Below, piece by piece: positions 59,643 through 64,000 of a stretch of 64,000 nucleotides of DNA. Below the pieces are notes generated by a model. That model was not told where the DNA came from. It worked only from the letters and a program-made list of their open reading frames with translations, and made no database searches. This DNA is from Phaeosaccion multiseriatum (lineage: Eukaryota; Protista; Ochrophyta, other classes), in the NCBI GenBank assembly GCA_965112735.1, contig OZ218955.1:2604001-2668000 (forward strand). The letters run 5' to 3'. Each line of letters opens with the position of its first letter. Position 1 is the first letter of the stretch. The translations under genes and the position numbers were made by a program.

Positions 59643-61757
59643 ATGCCATCGCTTGAGGAGACGGGTCGGTTTGTGGAGGAGTGGTATGAGGGAACCAAGG
59701 AGTGGGAAGCGTCGGGCGGGGCCAGCAGCACGGAGCACCTCCTGCTACTTCTCAAAACCGTGTTATCCTGTGTGTCTTTGAAGCACTTCAAAGAGGAGGG
59801 CTACACTCCTCTCCATGCCCTGGCTGACATGGACAAGAGCAAGAAGACACGCTGCATGGAGGAGAAGGGCATGCATATGCGAGGGAGCATCAAGCTGCTG
59901 CAGAGTTGCGGGCTTGATATTGACACCAAGAGTTGGACCGACACGTCCTTTCCTGATCGGACACCTCTCCACCAAGCTGCAGACAGGGGTCACTTCGACT
60001 TGGTGAAGGGACTCGTGGGAGCCGGTGCAGATGTCAATGTGTTGTGTGACAATAGGTGGACCGCATTGAGCTTTGCTGCTGGAGGTGACCACCCCCTGAT
60101 TTTGAGGTACTTGATGAGGCATGGCGCCGAAGTGGAGGGCAGCGAGGCCCTACACGAGGCAGCGTATAGTGGGAATCCGGAGAGTGTGGAAGCGTTGCTG
60201 AAGGCTGGAGGGAAGCCGAATGAGACAGATGGAGATGGTCACACGGCAGTTCAGACGTGCTGCATAGGTGGTGGTGAGAAGAAGGGAGGACGGGCGGAGG
60301 CCTTGTCTCTGCTGCTGAAGGGCGGCGCCGACGTGCAAGTTAAGGATGGGGAAGATGGTAACCTCCTGCACCTCGCCGCAGAGAACGGCAATGCGCAGTG
60401 CTTTCCTCTTCTGGTCGAGAGAGGGCTGCAGCTTGATGCTAGAGATGTCTGCATGTCCACACCGCTTCATCGTGCATGCTACAACGGAAGATTGGCTTGT
60501 GTGAAGGAGCTCATGCGCCGTGGCGCCTCTCTCGACCTGGTGGATGACTTGGGCCGTACCCCCCTCTTCGATGCGGTCGTGCGGGGGCATGCGAAGATCG
60601 TGTCTGAGCTGATACAAGCTGGTGCCTCAGTCAAGGTGAAGAACACGACTGCCATAACACCTCTACACCTGGCCGCAGCTCTGGGCAACATAGAGCTGTC
60701 TTATCTGCTTGTGGAGGCTGAGGCTGAGATCGATGCTCGGACCAACACCGCCCAAAGTCCCTTGATGGCCTGCATGCATCCTGATGAACAAGCCGTGTCA
60801 CGCATGCTTGAGTTTCACGATGTTGGGCCAGGCAGCCAGGAGGCCCGCGAGAAGGTGGCTGCATTCCTGCTGAAGATGGGCGCTGCGGTCAATGGGGAGG
60901 TCATCGCTTTGGCAGGAGAGAAGGGCTTCGGTGGTGTCATTGCCTCATTCCTTAGCAAAGCCATGGAGGAGAAGAATGCTCTCTCTGACAGGTTCCAGAC
61001 GGTAGCTGAGCACTATTCCATCCTGGGCGGCAGCGGCGAAGGAGACACGCGCAGCCAAGAGGTGGTGGATGTGCGACTGGTGAACAAAGTGAGTGGGGCG
61101 AAGGGGGAGAAGCTGTACGCTTTGAGCATCCCGCTGGTGGAGCAGCTGATGGAGAAGGTCAGAGAGAGAAGAGGGGAGACAGGAGGAGAGGAAGGGACGA
61201 GGAGCGCTGGCGAGGCCTCTTCTGCAGCAGGTATTCTCCCCACCTTGCTGGACCCTGCCAAGTATGGGTACAAGAGCGGCAAGAAAGGAAAGGGGAAGGA
61301 CAAGAAGAAGGAGATTGAGCTGGAGTATGACGGAGTGAACTTCACGGAGGAGGGCTTCGAGGCCGTGGTGAAGTTCGTCACCACGGGCAGCGTGGAGGAG
61401 CTGCTGACGAGGAGGCCTGGATCGGCAGGGAAGAGGAAGCGAGGCACGAGCAGCAGTGGCAGCGGAGAAGGGAACGAGAGCAGCAGTGGTGCGGAGGGCG
61501 GCAGCAGCAGCAGCAGCAGCAGTGGTGGTGGTAGGGTGAGGAAAGAGCATGGAAAGCTGTTTGACGAGATCAGAGCGAAGCAGGCCCTGCAGGCCGCGGA
61601 GTTCTTCTGCTTGGAGGGCCTGTCGAGGGAGGTGAAGGCGTTGATGGGCGAGTACGGCTTTGCACTGCAGGAGGAGAAGGGTGGAAAAGGGTCTGATGGC
61701 GAAGGTGCTGATGAGGGAGGAGAGCCTTCGAAGAAGAGGGCGAGGGGGAATCCATGA
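59643..61757 (+). CDS. Intronless ankyrin-repeat protein (~10 repeats) with a degenerate C-terminal BTB/POZ domain
   Basis: TPLH.A, TAL..A, EALHEAA, NLLHLAA, TPLHRAC, TPLFDAV and TPLHLAA repeats. The C-terminal DVRLV..., IELEYDGVNFTEEGFEAVVKFVTTGSV and ALQAAEFFCLEGL fit the BTB pattern. Confidence 0.88.
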   Translation: MPSLEETGRFVEEWYEGTKEWEASGGASSTEHLLLLLKTVLSCVSLKHFKEEGYTPLHALADMDKSKKTRCMEEKGMHMRGSIKLLQSCGLDIDTKSWTDTSFPDRTPLHQAADRGHFDLVKGLVGAGADVNVLCDNRWTALSFAAGGDHPLILRYLMRHGAEVEGSEALHEAAYSGNPESVEALLKAGGKPNETDGDGHTAVQTCCIGGGEKKGGRAEALSLLLKGGADVQVKDGEDGNLLHLAAENGNAQCFPLLVERGLQLDARDVCMSTPLHRACYNGRLACVKELMRRGASLDLVDDLGRTPLFDAVVRGHAKIVSELIQAGASVKVKNTTAITPLHLAAALGNIELSYLLVEAEAEIDARTNTAQSPLMACMHPDEQAVSRMLEFHDVGPGSQEAREKVAAFLLKMGAAVNGEVIALAGEKGFGGVIASFLSKAMEEKNALSDRFQTVAEHYSILGGSGEGDTRSQEVVDVRLVNKVSGAKGEKLYALSIPLVEQLMEKVRERRGETGGEEGTRSAGEASSAAGILPTLLDPAKYGYKSGKKGKGKDKKKEIELEYDGVNFTEEGFEAVVKFVTTGSVEELLTRRPGSAGKRKRGTSSSGSGEGNESSSGAEGGSSSSSSSGGGRVRKEHGKLFDEIRAKQALQAAEFFCLEGLSREVKALMGEYGFALQEEKGGKGSDGEGADEGGEPSKKRARGNP

Positions 61758-61947
61758 AGAGTGCGAGTCCCGACGGAAGCTGAGAGAAGAAGGCTTCCTT
61801 ATCCTAACGACTCTCGATCTCGAAAATCGCTCTAGAAGTAAATGTGACTCCACTTCACGCCAATCTGTGAATCATCACGCACGCACTCACTCACTCACTC
61901 TCCCCCCCTCCTTTCAAGGCGATACTACTCCACAACCTAGGCTCTGG

Positions 61948-62194
61948 GTCTGCTATCTGCTATCGCTCTGGATGGTTTGCTGGCTCGAGAACAAACCACG
62001 AAGTCAGCGTGCTTCCTTCCACCTTGCAGAGAGACTGCTCAACCCCGTATCGAGCAGGCTCGTCGAGAACGTGAGACACTCTCATTTGCATGCGCTTTGC
62101 CAAGACAACGAGGTGCTGTACAATCCCCTGTTCTTTATCCACCACATCTCGCCCCCCGCCCAGCACGCTCAAGCCAACAGCAATGGGCGTCTTT
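61948..62194 (-). pseudogene. Near-identical duplicate of the last ~78 codons and stop of the 58307-59365 gene
   Basis: 61948-62194 matches 58295-58541 (offset 3653) with one visible mismatch. It encodes KTPIAVGLSVLGGG...EPANHPER* and lacks the 5' part of the gene. Confidence 0.85.
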
Positions 62195-62330
62195 TCGCTC
62201 GGGGCAAGCTTCAATCAACTGCCGTGCATGCAACCAACTCCTGATGCTGCACTGCACTGCACTGCACTGCACTGCACTGCACCACATCGCTGGCCCCCTC
62301 AGCAAAGCCGGCACCCCCCTCCCCCTCCAA

Positions 62331-62452
62331 GGGCCAAGCAGGCCTCACAACTCTGACTCTGCTTGCTCTGAGGGCCAAGCAGGCCTCACAACTCTGACTC
62401 TGCTTGCTCTGAGGGCCAAGCAGGCCTCACAACTCTGACTCTGCTTGCTCTG
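62331..62452. repeat. 3 x 41-bp tandem repeat
   Basis: gggccaagcaggcctcacaactctgactctgcttgctctga at 62331, 62372 and 62413. Confidence 0.95.
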
Positions 62453-62596
62453 CTTCTTCTTCCCTTGGGGGGGGGGCACGCCACCGAGGCGAGGCGCATA
62501 GCCATCAGTCTATCAGTCTATCAGTCTGTCAGTCTGTCAGCCCGCTCGTCAGTCCAAGGAAGGGCGTCAATCACCAGTCAGTCCGTCAGCCGCCCG

Positions 62597-63783
62597 TCAG
62601 CCCACTGGGTTCGAGGACCCCCTTCCCCACTGCTGGACGCTGACCCCTGAGGAGGCCAGCATGGCGAAGATGCCCGCTGCCATGAGCCCGACATCGAGGG
62701 CGTAGCGCCATTTGCCAAGCCGCTTCACGCCGAACAGCTGTACACACACATGGAGATGGAGAGAGGGAGGGAGAGGAGAAGACAAGAGAGAGGGAGAGAG
62801 AGGGTAGAGAGGGGGGAGAGAGGTGGATACATATGAATGAGCACACGTCCCCCTCAAGGTAGTTCCTCCTGCGAGCAGGCAGCCCCTTCCCCTATGAAGA
62901 GCATGACCTGATGGCCCACTCGCCCTCTCTCTTCCATCCCCACCCACCACCATCGACTGCCATCCCTCCACCACCCCCTTGACCCCTTTGTCTCGTCTTT
63001 CGCCTTTGACCAACCTGCAGATGGAAGGCGACAGGGAAGACGAGTGCGAGAGGCACCGCACACAACCCGCACACGAGCCCCACAAACGCGTCAAAGGATT
63101 GGCGAGCAAACACCGCCACAAGGGCCGACAGACCCACCATTACAGTGCGCAGGGCTGGGAGGAAGGGGGGGGAGGCAGGGAGGGATGGGAGGGAGGGAGG
63201 GACGGGAGGGAGGGAGGGACGGGAGGGAGGGAGGGACGGGAGGGAGGGAGCGAGGGGTCAGTGGTGGTGGTGGCCGTGTGTGTGCGTGTGTGTGTTATGT
63301 GTGTTTCGATGCCCCTCCTCACCGTTCTTCCCCCACTTGCGGCGCACACTGGGCAGCTTGCCGTGCTCCCTCCAAATGAGCCTCTCCAGCACCTTTGTAG
63401 GTGTGGCAGAGGACGAGGGAGGGGGAGGGGGGAGGAGGAGAGAGGAGAGAGGAGGGCGGACAGAGGAACGGAGCGGAGACACACCACAGCGGCTCAGGCC
63501 AGGCCATACGTCAGGTTATGCATTAGGACAGGAGAAGGGCCAGGAGAAGACATGAGGGCCGCATGAGGGAACATGCACACACGCGCACGCACGCACCCAC
63601 GCACGCACGCACCCACGCGAGAGAGACTGAAGATAGAGGGAGGGAGGGAGGCGAATCCTGACCTTGACGGCAGGGAAGAGCTGCAGGGGGAAGGTGAGGA
63701 TGACGGCTACGCAGTACGCAAGCTTGGCCACGTTGCCGAGAGCGTTCCCGGGGGGGATCTCCATGGTCACAAACTCGGCTGTC
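62597..63783 (-). CDS. Amino acid/auxin permease (Aa_trans, SLC36/AVT3-like), 3' exons only; the gene continues beyond the window
   Basis: FVTMEIP..VAKLAYCVAVILTFPLQLFPAVKVLE..WGKNALRTVMV..FDAFVGLVCGLCAVPLALVFPVAFHL..DVGLMAAGIFAM. Confidence 0.85.
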
Positions 63784-64000
63784 TGGGGATGGGATGGGGG
63801 GGGGGGGGGGATGGCAGTGGATGGATGGGGAGGGGACGGCAATGGATGGGGAGGGGAGGGGTAAGAGGAAGAGGATGCAAAGAAGAGAAGAAGGGCACAA
63901 CGCATGGGGGTTTGTCCATGTGCATTCATTCAGCCCATCCACTGCCATCCTCGCTCCGGGAGTGGGAAGGAAGGAAGGAAGGAAGGAAGGAAGGAAAAAA

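Noticed and set aside
1-64000. rRNA, tRNA or autonomous transposon ORFs
   Set aside because: No cloverleaf, rRNA signature, or RT/integrase/transposase motifs were recognised by eye; tRNAscan, Infernal and RepeatMasker were not run.

Overview
Eukaryotic, intron-rich, GC-rich and extremely microsatellite-rich genomic DNA. It is most consistent with a photosynthetic stramenopile (ochrophyte), because two proteins carry signal-peptide + Phe 'ASAF-like' N-termini and the introns are GT-AG. About 12 protein-coding genes can be assembled by hand: (1) a giant minus-strand formin (678-15718) with the architecture PTEN-like phosphatase, C2, UBA, PHD, 12 CCDC53/WASHC3-like repeats, FH1, FH2, acidic repeats, PHD; (2) an intronless coiled-coil/acidic protein with a C-terminal PH-like domain; (3) a coiled-coil protein with Gly/Met/Pro repeats and a huge Glu-rich region; (4) a PQ-loop (PQLC1/Any1-like) membrane protein, head-to-head with (5) UPF3; (6) EMC6; (7) a meiotic RNF212/Zip3-like RING protein, head-to-head with (8) a putatively plastid-targeted DUF3783-like, 2OG-Fe(II) dioxygenase, SET-domain fusion; (9) pyruvate dehydrogenase kinase; (10) an intronless putative plastid methyltransferase-fold protein, head-to-head with (11) an intronless ankyrin-BTB gene, with the 3' end of gene 10 duplicated on the far side of gene 11; (12) the 3' part of an amino-acid permease. 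An LTR-like direct-repeat element filled with minisatellites lies at about 16.8-19.6 kb. A 12-mer, GTATCACCAACT, is dispersed 7 times across the window. No rRNA, tRNA or CRISPR array was recognised. Most long ORFs in the track are antisense or low-complexity shadows. Exon boundaries and domain calls were made by eye, without database searches.
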